A DNA stretch of 64,000 bases from an uncultured Candidatus Saccharibacteria bacterium. GTDB taxonomy: Bacteria > Patescibacteriota > Minisyncoccia > Phycocordibacterales > EsbW-18. Shown piece after piece: positions 19,650 through 29,252 of the stretch. Under the pieces are notes generated by a model that was not told the DNA's origin, did no database searches, and saw only the letters and a program-made list of their open reading frames with translations. The position numbers and the translations under genes are program-made. Location of the stretch: NCBI GenBank assembly GCA_964520295.1, contig CAZFMQ010000001.1, forward strand, positions 7,048 to 71,047, in the 5' to 3' direction. Within the stretch, counting starts at the first letter, position 1, and each line of letters begins with the position of its first letter.

Positions 19650-22262
19650 ATGAAATCAATAGAAGGAGCTCCAGTACCAACAGGGCCAGAGGTACCAGCG
19701 GAGCGAGTTACCAAAAAACCGCGCGCATCTAGAAAAAAACAAGCAGAGCCCAAAGCCCCCACGGTTGAGGAGGTGTTTACACCAGAGCAACGAGAAGCGG
19801 GTATACAAGCGGCAAAAGAAGCACAAACGCCGCGCGTCACAAAGAAATTTATTGAAGATAGGCGTATCAAACTTGAAGAAGATACGTGGCTTACAAAACA
19901 AAAGAAAAAGGAGATTGAAGATTTGATTGATGAGTTAGAAGAAATTCACATCGGACTCAAAGAAAAAAAGTATTCTGTTAAAGAGATAGGAGAGAGACGG
20001 GATCGACAGGCGCATCTAGTACGGCAATTACGCGTTGGATCTGAAATGGGTATTACAGAAGATGAGATAGAAGAGGTGCGCGCCATTGGTATGCGTGATG
20101 CAGAAGTGCGCCGTGCAAAAGCTGCAAAAGCAAAAAAGCGAAACGCAAAACCAAAACGAGAAAAAACTGCAAAGGAGCGTGTTACAAAAGGCGAAGTAGC
20201 GGCAGCCTACGCAAAAATACAAGAAGCGCAGGATGCAAAAAAAGAAATACCAACTGCATACGAGGCGGCTCTGAAACGATTGGCAGAAGTAGATGTGCAA
20301 GAATCATTGGCATCGGTCGCTGTTGCGGAAGGTATTGCACTAGATGAAAACCACGATGGTTTGACGGAGAAGCTATCCACTGAAGAGGGGGTATTTTCTG
20401 AATCAGATGTGTTTGAAAAAATGACCGACGAAGAGCAGGTGGAGGCAGCCCTTGAAACTGTGCCCGCAAAAGAACGACCAACATGGTTGCGCAAACTTGC
20501 AGGTGCAGGATTTGCTTTGCAAGAAGCAAAAAATGCATTTGGAGAAAAGGCATTCGGATTTGCCTATGAGAAGTTTTTTAAAAAAACACTACAGGATAAA
20601 GCAGAGGGGGAAGATGTTGGTGATACGCGTTTCAATTCAGCATTGTTGATGCGCTCGTTGGCCAATCACTATGCAAGCGCAAAAGAGCAATCACGCCAAA
20701 ATCGAGAAGATTTCTACGCGGGCAAAAGCAAAAAGAGTGCCTGGGCACAACTTGCAGGGGAAGGTATTCGTGCAACGCGTGCAGTGTTTGCGCCGTTCAA
20801 TATGCTCCGCTCCCCAGTGTGGGCATTGATGGCAATGGGTCGCATATCAGAAACCGCATCGGATGTACGTCTTGAAAAGAAAAAATGGGGTACCACGGAG
20901 GATGAGGCAGCGGAGGAGGCGTGGTACTTGTACCAACGGGCAGAAAAGAGTGCACGAGAACAGAATCGTGCAATGCCGACTGCCGATGATATTCGACGTG
21001 AATATGTGACGAGGGTTGCCGAGGGCACGTTCGAAGCATATGAGGGCACCATTGCCACCTCAAGTGCTGGTATGGCTATCAAAAAGTTGATTGAACCGAT
21101 GTATGTACAATTGCAAGAGATACAAGCCAATACCACGTTGACTTCAGAAGAAAGGGAGACGCAATTGAATGCGTTGGCACAGAAACATGAAAAAATGATG
21201 CATGAAATCGACGCGCTTGTTGATCAAACGGGAAAAGTAGATGCAGTTGCATACTACTTGAAACGCTCGGGTGTATGGACAAAGCGTGTTGCAACCGTAC
21301 TTGCGATTGAAACACTTGCTGAAGCGGGGTGGCGCATTGCTCAATTGGACACTGCATTTCACATAAGCCCAGATACGCTGGCAGAGGCGCACGAGTACGG
21401 AGCGGCGGTGAATCATGCACCAGAGTATGCACCGGATGTTGCGGGAGCATTATCGGCTGAAGAGGCACAAAAGATAGTGACATCGGTGGAAGGGGTATCA
21501 GAAGCACCGGAGGTACCCGCATCTGTGGAGGTAGAAAAAGCAGCACCAGTTATCATTGAGAAAGGAGGTAATATTTGGAGTGCGGCAAAAGAAGTATTTG
21601 GGGACACGGGGTTGCCCAAAGAACAGTTTGCTGAAGCATGGAGTAACTCAACGGTAGCACTTGCTGATGGTCGTGAGATTCCGCTTGCCGAACTCCATTT
21701 GGTACATGAGGGCGATACTCTTTCATATGTGGCAGGGGAGAATGGTGCCGTGGGACATTTTGAATTCAATAATGAATCACACATTGCGTATGGTGATGCA
21801 CTCAATTTACCGGGGGCACATGAAGCCACACCGACATTTGACGAAACAGTTGATGTGGAACCGCGAGCAGTCGGCGTGCCTGAAGAGGCGCTTGAAACAA
21901 TAGACACACCTCGTGAGGTGCGAGTCGAGATGAGTGATATGTATGATGCGGCATCGGAAGCATCAACAGAGTCATATACTGAACCGCTCGCACGTGAAAT
22001 GCACGAAAAATTGCAAAACTTTTTTGGGGACTATACCAATGAGCGTGCGTCATCGTGGCATCAATGGAAGGATATGGGTGCGCGTAAGTTTATGCGCCTT
22101 GCACTCGGAGATGATACGCTCGATGCATCGTTTCAAAAACATCTTGAATACTTGCAAGAACAAACAGGATCACGCCCACGTGGTGGTTTTTGGCAAAAAA
22201 ACGAGACTGTGGAAGCATACCTAGAGCGTGCCACTGCCGAACTACTCAAACGCAAAGAATAA
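19650..22262 (+). CDS. Large (870 aa) highly charged K/E/A-rich, predicted coiled-coil protein of unknown function
   Basis: Low-complexity KKQAEPK…, AKAAKAKKRNAKPKREKTAKER. Possible LysM-like bit HLVHEGDTLSYVAG near the C-terminus. No TM helix. Occupies the position normally held by infA-rpmJ-rpsM-rpsK-rpsD-rpoA-rplQ. Confidence 0.5.
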   Translation: MKSIEGAPVPTGPEVPAERVTKKPRASRKKQAEPKAPTVEEVFTPEQREAGIQAAKEAQTPRVTKKFIEDRRIKLEEDTWLTKQKKKEIEDLIDELEEIHIGLKEKKYSVKEIGERRDRQAHLVRQLRVGSEMGITEDEIEEVRAIGMRDAEVRRAKAAKAKKRNAKPKREKTAKERVTKGEVAAAYAKIQEAQDAKKEIPTAYEAALKRLAEVDVQESLASVAVAEGIALDENHDGLTEKLSTEEGVFSESDVFEKMTDEEQVEAALETVPAKERPTWLRKLAGAGFALQEAKNAFGEKAFGFAYEKFFKKTLQDKAEGEDVGDTRFNSALLMRSLANHYASAKEQSRQNREDFYAGKSKKSAWAQLAGEGIRATRAVFAPFNMLRSPVWALMAMGRISETASDVRLEKKKWGTTEDEAAEEAWYLYQRAEKSAREQNRAMPTADDIRREYVTRVAEGTFEAYEGTIATSSAGMAIKKLIEPMYVQLQEIQANTTLTSEERETQLNALAQKHEKMMHEIDALVDQTGKVDAVAYYLKRSGVWTKRVATVLAIETLAEAGWRIAQLDTAFHISPDTLAEAHEYGAAVNHAPEYAPDVAGALSAEEAQKIVTSVEGVSEAPEVPASVEVEKAAPVIIEKGGNIWSAAKEVFGDTGLPKEQFAEAWSNSTVALADGREIPLAELHLVHEGDTLSYVAGENGAVGHFEFNNESHIAYGDALNLPGAHEATPTFDETVDVEPRAVGVPEEALETIDTPREVRVEMSDMYDAASEASTESYTEPLAREMHEKLQNFFGDYTNERASSWHQWKDMGARKFMRLALGDDTLDASFQKHLEYLQEQTGSRPRGGFWQKNETVEAYLERATAELLKRKE

Positions 22263-22284
22263 CAGATGCGCTATACTGTAGAGT

Positions 22285-25044
22285 ATGGAACGATTTTCAG
22301 TGACAGCGGAGACACAATTTTCTTCTGCTGAACAAGAAGCAGCGTTTTTGCGTGAGCGCCTCAAGCGCTTGGAAGAGGGTATTGATAGTGGCGCAGACAC
22401 ATTACGCCACGAGCGCCCCGAAGAACAGTTGACGCGTGCATACGCTTCTGTACAACCAGAGAAGGTACTGGCGAAAGGGCATCAGATGTTGAAGCCAGAA
22501 ATTGATGCCGTCGTGCTTGATTTGGCTCCCGAAGAGCACGATACCGTTATGAGTGAATTACTTACGCTTGTGCGTGAAAAGGGTATTCGCAATGCACTGT
22601 CAGTTGTTGAAAAATTACACGATGCGCATATAGAAGACGATTTTCATCGGTTTTTAGCAGAATATCTCAAGACGGGATACCCCGTTTCTGGTATCAAGGA
22701 GGGGGATGTGCTCTGGAAGGCATTGCATATGACACTATTGGAGGTAACGTTGCCGTTTTCCGCACAGGAAGCACGCGAGCACCAGCGCCCACTGAAAGAA
22801 TTGCTCTCATCTATGGAGCAATTTTATGCAGGCGCACTGTCTACAACAGCAGAAAAAAATGCAAAGAAAAATTATTTCACGATTGAGTTAGCAGTAGAAT
22901 CACATCAAGAGCACATCGCACTCTTTCTCTCGGTGCCAGTTGAGAAGGTGCCACTCTTTGAGCGTCAGTTACTTTCTATTTTCCCGCAGGCACGTATTGA
23001 GGTTGCAAAAAATGATTACAACGTCTTTGTGCCCGAAGGGCAGGTGGCGGGTTCTACGGTGTCGTACAGTCGTCCATCCGCGTATTCGCTTAAAACACAC
23101 GAATCCTTTGACTACGACCCGCTCAATATCTTGCTCTCGTCATTTGCAAAGTTGCTCAAAACAGGGGAGGGAGCAGCATTTCAAGTACTGATTCGCCCTG
23201 CGCAAACCGATTACACAGGACGATTTAGAAAGTCGTTGGAAAAACTATCAAAGGGTATTTCAGTGAAAGAGGCGTTTGCGCAAGAATCACTCATGTCTTC
23301 TATTGGTAAGGAGCTCAACGGGTTGTTCTTCTCATCGGGGAAAAAAGAGGACACAGAAAAAGAAAAGGAGCGCGTGATAGATGATATCGCCATAGAGCAA
23401 GTTAAGCAGAAGGTGGCGCATCCAATTGTGGAGACAAACATACGTCTCGTGGCATCAGCAACCACTATGACACGGGCCGAAGCAATACTTTCAGACATGG
23501 AAGCGAGCCTCAATCAGTTTGAAGACCCGCGCGGGAATGCACTGGTGTGCACGCGCATCAAAAAGAATGCATTCAAAGTATTCATTAAAAACTTCTCTTT
23601 CCGTCTTTTTTCTGAGAGCAATGTGTTGCCGATGAATTTGCGCGAAGTTGCATCAATCATTCACCTGCCGACCGCAGGAAGCGATGGCTCGCGAGAATTG
23701 AAACGTTCAAAGTCAGGCGGCGCACCAGCGCCTATGGATTTGCCAACAGAAGGAATCCTTCTCGGTCATAACACATACGGCAATAAGCGCACACCAATAC
23801 ACATGGCAGATGTTGATCGTGTGCGCCACCTGTACGTCATTGGTCAGACTGGTACAGGTAAAACAACCATTTTGAAAAATATGATTGTACAAGATATCAA
23901 AAATGGGGAAGGGGTTTGTATGATTGATCCGCACGGCACTGACATTCAAGACATTCTTGCGCAGATTCCGAAAGAACGTTGGGATGATGTTATTTACTTT
24001 GATCCTGCACACACAGAGCGTCCGATGGGGTTGAATATGTTGGAGTACGATACGCGATACCCCGAGCAAAAGACATTTGTGGTCAACGAGCTCTTTTCTA
24101 TTTTCCAAAAATTATATGAGGCAGATACCATGGGGCCAATGTTTGAGCAGTACTTCCGTAACGCCACGCTCTTGGTTATTGAAGATCCCAACAGTGGTAA
24201 TACACTCGCAGATGTGTCGCGTGTCTTAAGTGATCCTGCATTTCGTGAATTGAAGCTTGCGCGCTGTAAAAACCCTATTGTGGTGCAGTTTTGGCGCGAT
24301 GTTGCCGAAAAAGCAGGTGGCGAATCATCGTTGGTCAACATGGTGCCGTACATCACCAGCAAGTTTGACGTCTTTTTGGCGAATGATTTTATGCGTCCGA
24401 TTATTACTCAGCGCACATCGGCGTTTAATTTCCGCCAGATTATGGATGAGCGCAAAATCTTACTCGTCAATCTCTCCAAGGGGCGTTTGGGTGATATCAA
24501 TGCCAACCTCATCGGCCTTATTATTGTCGGCAAGATTCTCATGGCGGCACTGTCACGCGTGGACGTACTTGGGCGTGGGGAAGTACATCCGTTCTATCTC
24601 TACATTGATGAGTTCCAAAACGTAACGACTGATTCTATCTCAACCATTCTTTCAGAGGCGCGTAAGTACAAACTAGGATTGATTGTGGCGCATCAGTTTA
24701 TTAAGCAATTACCAGATAAAATTCGTGATGCGATATTCGGTAACGTCGGTTCTTTGTGTGCGTTCCGTGTTGGTTCTGAGGACGCAGAGTTTTTGGAAAA
24801 ACAATTCACACCTGTATTTTCAGCAACTGATTTGATGAACATAGATAACTTCAATGCAGTTATTAAAATGCTAGCGAATAATAAGCCCGTGCGTCCGTTC
24901 AACTTGCAAATTGAAAAACCAGCAGAAGGCAACATTGATGTAACCGACCGCCTCAAAGAACTTTCCTATGTTCGGTATGGTCGCCCACGCGCTGAAATTG
25001 AGGCGCAGGTAAGTACAACCCATACGGGTTTTGGCAATTCTTGA
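22285..25044 (+). CDS. FtsK/HerA-superfamily P-loop ATPase with a TraG/TraD/VirD4-type C-terminal domain (type IV coupling-protein-like). It has no N-terminal TM anchor.
   Basis: Walker A HLYVIGQTGTGKTT; Walker B FYLYIDEFQN; KLGLIVAHQF…GNVGSLCAFRVGSEDAEFL matches the TraG-D_C pattern. The N-terminal ~480 aa are unique. Confidence 0.6.
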   Translation: MERFSVTAETQFSSAEQEAAFLRERLKRLEEGIDSGADTLRHERPEEQLTRAYASVQPEKVLAKGHQMLKPEIDAVVLDLAPEEHDTVMSELLTLVREKGIRNALSVVEKLHDAHIEDDFHRFLAEYLKTGYPVSGIKEGDVLWKALHMTLLEVTLPFSAQEAREHQRPLKELLSSMEQFYAGALSTTAEKNAKKNYFTIELAVESHQEHIALFLSVPVEKVPLFERQLLSIFPQARIEVAKNDYNVFVPEGQVAGSTVSYSRPSAYSLKTHESFDYDPLNILLSSFAKLLKTGEGAAFQVLIRPAQTDYTGRFRKSLEKLSKGISVKEAFAQESLMSSIGKELNGLFFSSGKKEDTEKEKERVIDDIAIEQVKQKVAHPIVETNIRLVASATTMTRAEAILSDMEASLNQFEDPRGNALVCTRIKKNAFKVFIKNFSFRLFSESNVLPMNLREVASIIHLPTAGSDGSRELKRSKSGGAPAPMDLPTEGILLGHNTYGNKRTPIHMADVDRVRHLYVIGQTGTGKTTILKNMIVQDIKNGEGVCMIDPHGTDIQDILAQIPKERWDDVIYFDPAHTERPMGLNMLEYDTRYPEQKTFVVNELFSIFQKLYEADTMGPMFEQYFRNATLLVIEDPNSGNTLADVSRVLSDPAFRELKLARCKNPIVVQFWRDVAEKAGGESSLVNMVPYITSKFDVFLANDFMRPIITQRTSAFNFRQIMDERKILLVNLSKGRLGDINANLIGLIIVGKILMAALSRVDVLGRGEVHPFYLYIDEFQNVTTDSISTILSEARKYKLGLIVAHQFIKQLPDKIRDAIFGNVGSLCAFRVGSEDAEFLEKQFTPVFSATDLMNIDNFNAVIKMLANNKPVRPFNLQIEKPAEGNIDVTDRLKELSYVRYGRPRAEIEAQVSTTHTGFGNS

Positions 25045-25096
25045 TTATAGGTGTCTCGTTTGCTACGATGATGCCGTTACTCATAGTATTTTTGTT

Positions 25097-25681
25097 ATGA
25101 AAAATCCGAAGGAAGAGAAGACATTCGTGATGGTAAAGCCCGATGGCGTTCGTAAGGGTCTCGTGGGGGAAATCATTCACCGTTTTGAGCAGCGCGATCT
25201 TAAAATCGTTGCGTTGCAGATGTTTCAGCCAACGCTCAAACAGATGGATAAGCATTATCCAAAAGATAAGATGTGGATTACCCGTGTGGGTGAGAAGACG
25301 GCTGGTACGTATGAAAAGTATGGCTACTCGTTAAAAAAAGATTTTGGTACTGAAGATAAGTACAAAATAGGTAAAATCGTGCGCGGATGGCTCATCAATT
25401 ATATGGTGTCAGCGCCATTGGTGCGCATGGTTGTGCAAGGTGTGCATGCGGTAGATATGGTACGTAAAATTGTAGGTCCGACCATTCCATATGCGGCAGA
25501 CATGGGTACGATTCGTGGTGATTATTCAGCCGATTCGCCAGTGCTTGCGAATGCGGAGAAGCGTGCCATCATGAACCTGGTACACGCGTCAGAAACGCCA
25601 GCTGAAGCAGCTCATGAAATCAAACACTGGTTTGGTAAAGATCCGGTCTTCTCATACAAACGCTTTGGTGTAGATCAATAA
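25097..25681 (+). CDS. ndk: Nucleoside diphosphate kinase with a ~35-aa internal insertion
   Basis: EKTFVMVKPDGVRKGLVGEIIHRFE; GTIRGDY; NLVHASE with the catalytic His. Extra segment KMWITRVGEKTAGTYEKYGYSLKKDFGTEDKYKIG. Confidence 0.8.
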   Translation: MKNPKEEKTFVMVKPDGVRKGLVGEIIHRFEQRDLKIVALQMFQPTLKQMDKHYPKDKMWITRVGEKTAGTYEKYGYSLKKDFGTEDKYKIGKIVRGWLINYMVSAPLVRMVVQGVHAVDMVRKIVGPTIPYAADMGTIRGDYSADSPVLANAEKRAIMNLVHASETPAEAAHEIKHWFGKDPVFSYKRFGVDQ

Positions 25682-25684
25682 TAA

Positions 25685-25745
25685 TTGGTTTTTGAGGTGA
25701 AAATACCGCCCAAAATACACTATGTATTTTGGGCGGTATTCACTT
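25685..25745 (+). terminator. Terminator hairpin after ndk
   Basis: AATACCGCCCAAAATACACTATGTATTTTGGGCGGTATT. Confidence 0.45.
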
Positions 25746-26036
25746 TCCATTTTCTTTGTGTCGTAAACTGCTATCCACCCTTGCATCAACAGTAGTGGAA
25801 GGGGTATCGTATATGTGGGGTTGTTTTGGATATTATCTAGATCAAATAATTTTTTCAGGGACTTCGAATTGTTTCAAACCGACCGCCTTGGCGGACGTAC
25901 TGAGAAGACCCACCTAGCTTCTGCTAGGTAAAAATCTGAAATGACCCCAACAATGAGCTCCGAACTGCTGTTCGGAGCTCATTGTTTTCGTATGATATAC
26001 TTGAGATGTTACTGAGGCATATAATCAGAGTATTCC

Positions 26037-26465
26037 GTGACGGAAAAACGAACCCGCATTTTACTTTTTATAATCGCTATAACTGCTTTTGCGCTCTTTT
26101 ACCTTGATCATATTGCGCAAGAACGTTTTTACTATTGGCTGTACTGGTGGTATGACATTATGATGCATTTTCTCGGCGGTTTTCTTGTCGGCAGCATTGT
26201 TTTGTGGGGAATTGCGCGATTCTACACTCCGCAAAAATGGACCACATTTGGATTGTTCACACTTACCGCACTTTCTGCTGCAACCATCGGGCTTGCATGG
26301 GAGTATTTTGAGTTTTTTTCCGGCGCACTCATATTACAGCGCGGTGATATTGTGGGGGATACAAAGCTTGATTTAGTTATGGATGTTTCAGGTGCATTGG
26401 TGGCGTGGCTTTTTGTCATGCCGACGGTATTCAAACGTTTTTCATTTTCTAAAAAAGTAGTATGA
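26037..26465 (+). CDS. Hypothetical 4-TM membrane protein
   Basis: Four hydrophobic helices; W/Y-rich; overlaps the next start by 4 nt. Confidence 0.4.
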   Translation: MTEKRTRILLFIIAITAFALFYLDHIAQERFYYWLYWWYDIMMHFLGGFLVGSIVLWGIARFYTPQKWTTFGLFTLTALSAATIGLAWEYFEFFSGALILQRGDIVGDTKLDLVMDVSGALVAWLFVMPTVFKRFSFSKKVV

Positions 26466-27841
26466 ATGAAGTAGCTCCAAATACAAACGTACGCATTGGA
26501 TTTTATGGTGGTGTCGGAGCAGTTACCGGTGCGAACTTTCTGCTGGAATCACCACAGGCAAAGATTCTTGTGGATTGTGGTTTGCATCAAGGTGGGCGTA
26601 TATGTAGTCCTGAAAATAGCAATGTGTTTCCGTACGATCTTGCCACCATTGATTCGCTTGTGGTAACGCATGCGCACGCGGATCACATCGGGCGCATTCC
26701 CAAACTTGTTAAAGATGGGTTTACAGGAAAGATATATTCAACGGCAGAGACAAAAAAACTAGCTGAAGTGATGCTGCCGGACACGGCGCGTCTAATTGGG
26801 CAGGAGGCGATAGAGTGCGGTACGGAGGCGCCATATGCACCCGATGATGTTGGTCGCGTGTTTGCGAACTGGGAAACGATACCGTACTATGCGCCGTTCA
26901 CTATCGGTGATTTCACACTCATGCTGAAAAACGCGGGGCATATTCTCGGTTCGGCCATGGTTGAGTGTGTGCATCCAAAGGTGGGCAAGATACTCTTTAC
27001 CGGTGATTTGGGTAACTCACCATCACTTCTTCTTAAAAACACTGACATTGTTGAAAATGTGAACTACCTTGTTATGGAATCAGTGTATGGCGACCGCGTG
27101 CACCCAGTGGTGGATAGTCGTTTGGGGCAGTTGGAAGATGCAATTGAATTGACGGTAAAACACAATGGCACACTCATCATCCCATCGTTTTCAATAGAAC
27201 GCACACAGAACCTACTCTATGAGATAAACATGCTCGCGGAAAAGGAACGTATCCCTGATGTGCCGGTTTTTCTTGACTCGCCATTGGCATCAAAGGTAAC
27301 CCAGATTTATAGGGAATCAGTATCTGAATATAACGAATCAACTCAGAAGGTGATTGCGCGAGGAGATGATATTTTTTCATTCAAGAATCTTACGGTAGTG
27401 GAGTCGGAAGAGGAATCGCGTAAAATTCACGAACTACCTGGAGCAAAAATTATTATTGCGGGATCGGGCATGTCTGTTGGTGGTCGTGTTATTTCTCACG
27501 AACGACAGTATCTCAGTGATCCCAACAGCACACTTCTCGTTGTTGGGTACCAGGCACCGGGGAGCATGGGGCGTTTGCTCGTAGACGGTGCGAAGGAGGT
27601 TACCATCAACAAAGAAATCGTTCCGGTTCGTGCCCGTATTGTATCGGCAATTGGATATTCCGGGCATCGTGATTTGAATGGTCTGCTTGATTTTGTAAGC
27701 ACCACAAATGTATCTATCAAGCGCGCATTCGTTACCATGGGTGAACCAAAGAGCTCTCAATTTCTTGCACAGCGTTTGCGCGACTATTACGGTATTGATG
27801 CGCAGGTGCCAAATCCGGGCGATGTAATTTCTTTAGAGTAG
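26462..27841 (+). CDS. MBL-fold beta-CASP family RNA-processing nuclease (RNase J/CPSF-like)
   Basis: VVTHAHADHIGRIP (HxHxDH); N-terminal GGVGAVTGANFLLE; beta-CASP-like C-terminal half. Confidence 0.65.
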   Translation: MNEVAPNTNVRIGFYGGVGAVTGANFLLESPQAKILVDCGLHQGGRICSPENSNVFPYDLATIDSLVVTHAHADHIGRIPKLVKDGFTGKIYSTAETKKLAEVMLPDTARLIGQEAIECGTEAPYAPDDVGRVFANWETIPYYAPFTIGDFTLMLKNAGHILGSAMVECVHPKVGKILFTGDLGNSPSLLLKNTDIVENVNYLVMESVYGDRVHPVVDSRLGQLEDAIELTVKHNGTLIIPSFSIERTQNLLYEINMLAEKERIPDVPVFLDSPLASKVTQIYRESVSEYNESTQKVIARGDDIFSFKNLTVVESEEESRKIHELPGAKIIIAGSGMSVGGRVISHERQYLSDPNSTLLVVGYQAPGSMGRLLVDGAKEVTINKEIVPVRARIVSAIGYSGHRDLNGLLDFVSTTNVSIKRAFVTMGEPKSSQFLAQRLRDYYGIDAQVPNPGDVISLE

Positions 27842-27889
27842 GTTTGTGCACATTTGTGCATGGGTTTGTGAGAAGAGCACGGTATACTG

Positions 27890-28522
27890 ATGCATATGAG
27901 TTATCGCAAAGATGTAAATAACGATATAAAAATATGTGTATCGGGTGCGGCTGAAACATCGCACTGTGGTCCGCACGCGTATGAGCTAGCAAAAGAATTA
28001 GGTCGTGAAATTGCCCGACAGGATGCAGTGATTGTAACCGGTGCTACAACCGGGTTTCCGCTGTGGTCTGCGATTGGTGCAAAGGAAGCAGAGGGCACGT
28101 CTATCGGATTTTCTCCTGCCGCTAGTGAGCGCGAGCACATTGAAGCGTTCCGCTTGCCACTAGATTACATGGATCTCATCATTTACACAGGTTTCGGCTA
28201 TGCGGGTCGTGATCTTATTCTGACACGCTCATCTGATGCAGTGCTTTTTGGATGCGGGCGCGTGGGAACGATTCACGAGTTCACCATTGCTTTTGAAGAC
28301 AATAAGCCAATCGGTATTTTGGAAGGGGATTGGTTGACTGATGAGACCATCAAGACCATTGTGGAGCGCGGTAATCGCGCATACGAAAAAATCGTGTACG
28401 ATACCAATCCAAAGAAGCTAATAGAAAAAGTGATTGAATTGGTGAAAAAAGATAAGGCGGCTGATCGTATGACGTATAGCTATCGTCCGGTAGAGGAGGA
28501 CGATGGTTCTATAAAGGGCTAG
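27890..28522 (+). CDS. LOG/TIGR00725-family Rossmann-fold protein
   Basis: ICVSGAAET; VIVTGATTGFP; GCGRVGTIHEF resembles the LOG PGGxGTxxE motif. Confidence 0.45.
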   Translation: MHMSYRKDVNNDIKICVSGAAETSHCGPHAYELAKELGREIARQDAVIVTGATTGFPLWSAIGAKEAEGTSIGFSPAASEREHIEAFRLPLDYMDLIIYTGFGYAGRDLILTRSSDAVLFGCGRVGTIHEFTIAFEDNKPIGILEGDWLTDETIKTIVERGNRAYEKIVYDTNPKKLIEKVIELVKKDKAADRMTYSYRPVEEDDGSIKG

Positions 28523-28570
28523 AACAAAAAAGCAAATACACGTAGCGTCCGAAGCGCTTCGGGCGCTCAG

Positions 28571-28601
28571 TAACAAAAATCCCGCCTTTCGGCGGGATTT
28601 T
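28571..28601. terminator. Bidirectional terminator between the LOG-like gene and rplT
   Basis: AAAAATCCCGCCTTTCGGCGGGATTTTTGTT, preceded by a second hairpin AGCGTCCGAAGCGCTTCGGGCGCT. Confidence 0.5.
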
Positions 28602-28604
28602 TGT

Positions 28605-28952
28605 TTATGCTGTTACCTGGGTAACGATGCGTTCAAATGTTTTTGGGTGGTCTTTTGCAATTTCTGCAAGCATTTTGCGGTTCAATACAATACCTTTTTT
28701 GTGCACCAATCCCATGAATTTGCTGTAGGAGATATCAAATGGTGTGAGACCTGCAGAGATGCGGTTCTGCCAAAGTTTGCGGAAGTCGTTCTTTTTATCT
28801 TTGCGGTGTGCGAATGCGTACACGCCTGCGTGGAAGAGTGCTTCGCGTGCTTGGCGCTCCTTGCTTTTGCGCGCATTGCGAAAGCCTTTGGTGCGTGCGA
28901 GCACGTTGCGGCGACGCTTCATTGAAATCTTTCCTCGTTTTACTCGTGTCAT
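28605..28952 (-). CDS. rplT: 50S ribosomal protein L20
   Basis: MTRVKRGKISMKRRRNVLARTKGFRNARKSK…. Confidence 0.9.
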   Translation of the reverse strand: MTRVKRGKISMKRRRNVLARTKGFRNARKSKERQAREALFHAGVYAFAHRKDKKNDFRKLWQNRISAGLTPFDISYSKFMGLVHKKGIVLNRKMLAEIAKDHPKTFERIVTQVTA

Positions 28953-28981
28953 GGTTGGTAGTAGTAGTTAGTGGCGGGGGA

Positions 28982-29167
28982 CTATTTGCCTGCAAGAAAA
29001 CGTGTGCGCACCTTCACCGTCAAGTTGATTGGCTTATTGCGCTTACGTGCAAGCTGGGTTGAACGCGACTCTTTTGCGTTGTAGTGGTTGCCACCGGCCT
29101 TTCGTCCGATGATTTTTCCTGATTTTGTAACGCGGAGGCGCTTACTGTATGCCTTATTTGTTTTCAT
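28982..29167 (-). CDS. rpmI: 50S ribosomal protein L35
   Basis: MKTNKAYSKRLRVTKSGKIIGRKAGGNHYNAKESR. Confidence 0.85.
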   Translation of the reverse strand: MKTNKAYSKRLRVTKSGKIIGRKAGGNHYNAKESRSTQLARKRNKPINLTVKVRTRFLAGK

Positions 29168-29252
29168 AAAAAATGCCCCCTAGAGGCCTAGTCATAATAC
29201 CCTTTTTCGGGGAGTTTGCAAGCCCTTCTGGAGTACACGCTGGAGTACCTAT

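Noticed and set aside
25031-25096. Upstream extension of ndk (MAILDYRCLVCYDDAVTHSIFV)
   Set aside because: The N-terminus of NDK family members aligns from MKNPKEEKTFVMVKPDG. The extension overlaps the end of the preceding ATPase gene and has no homology support.
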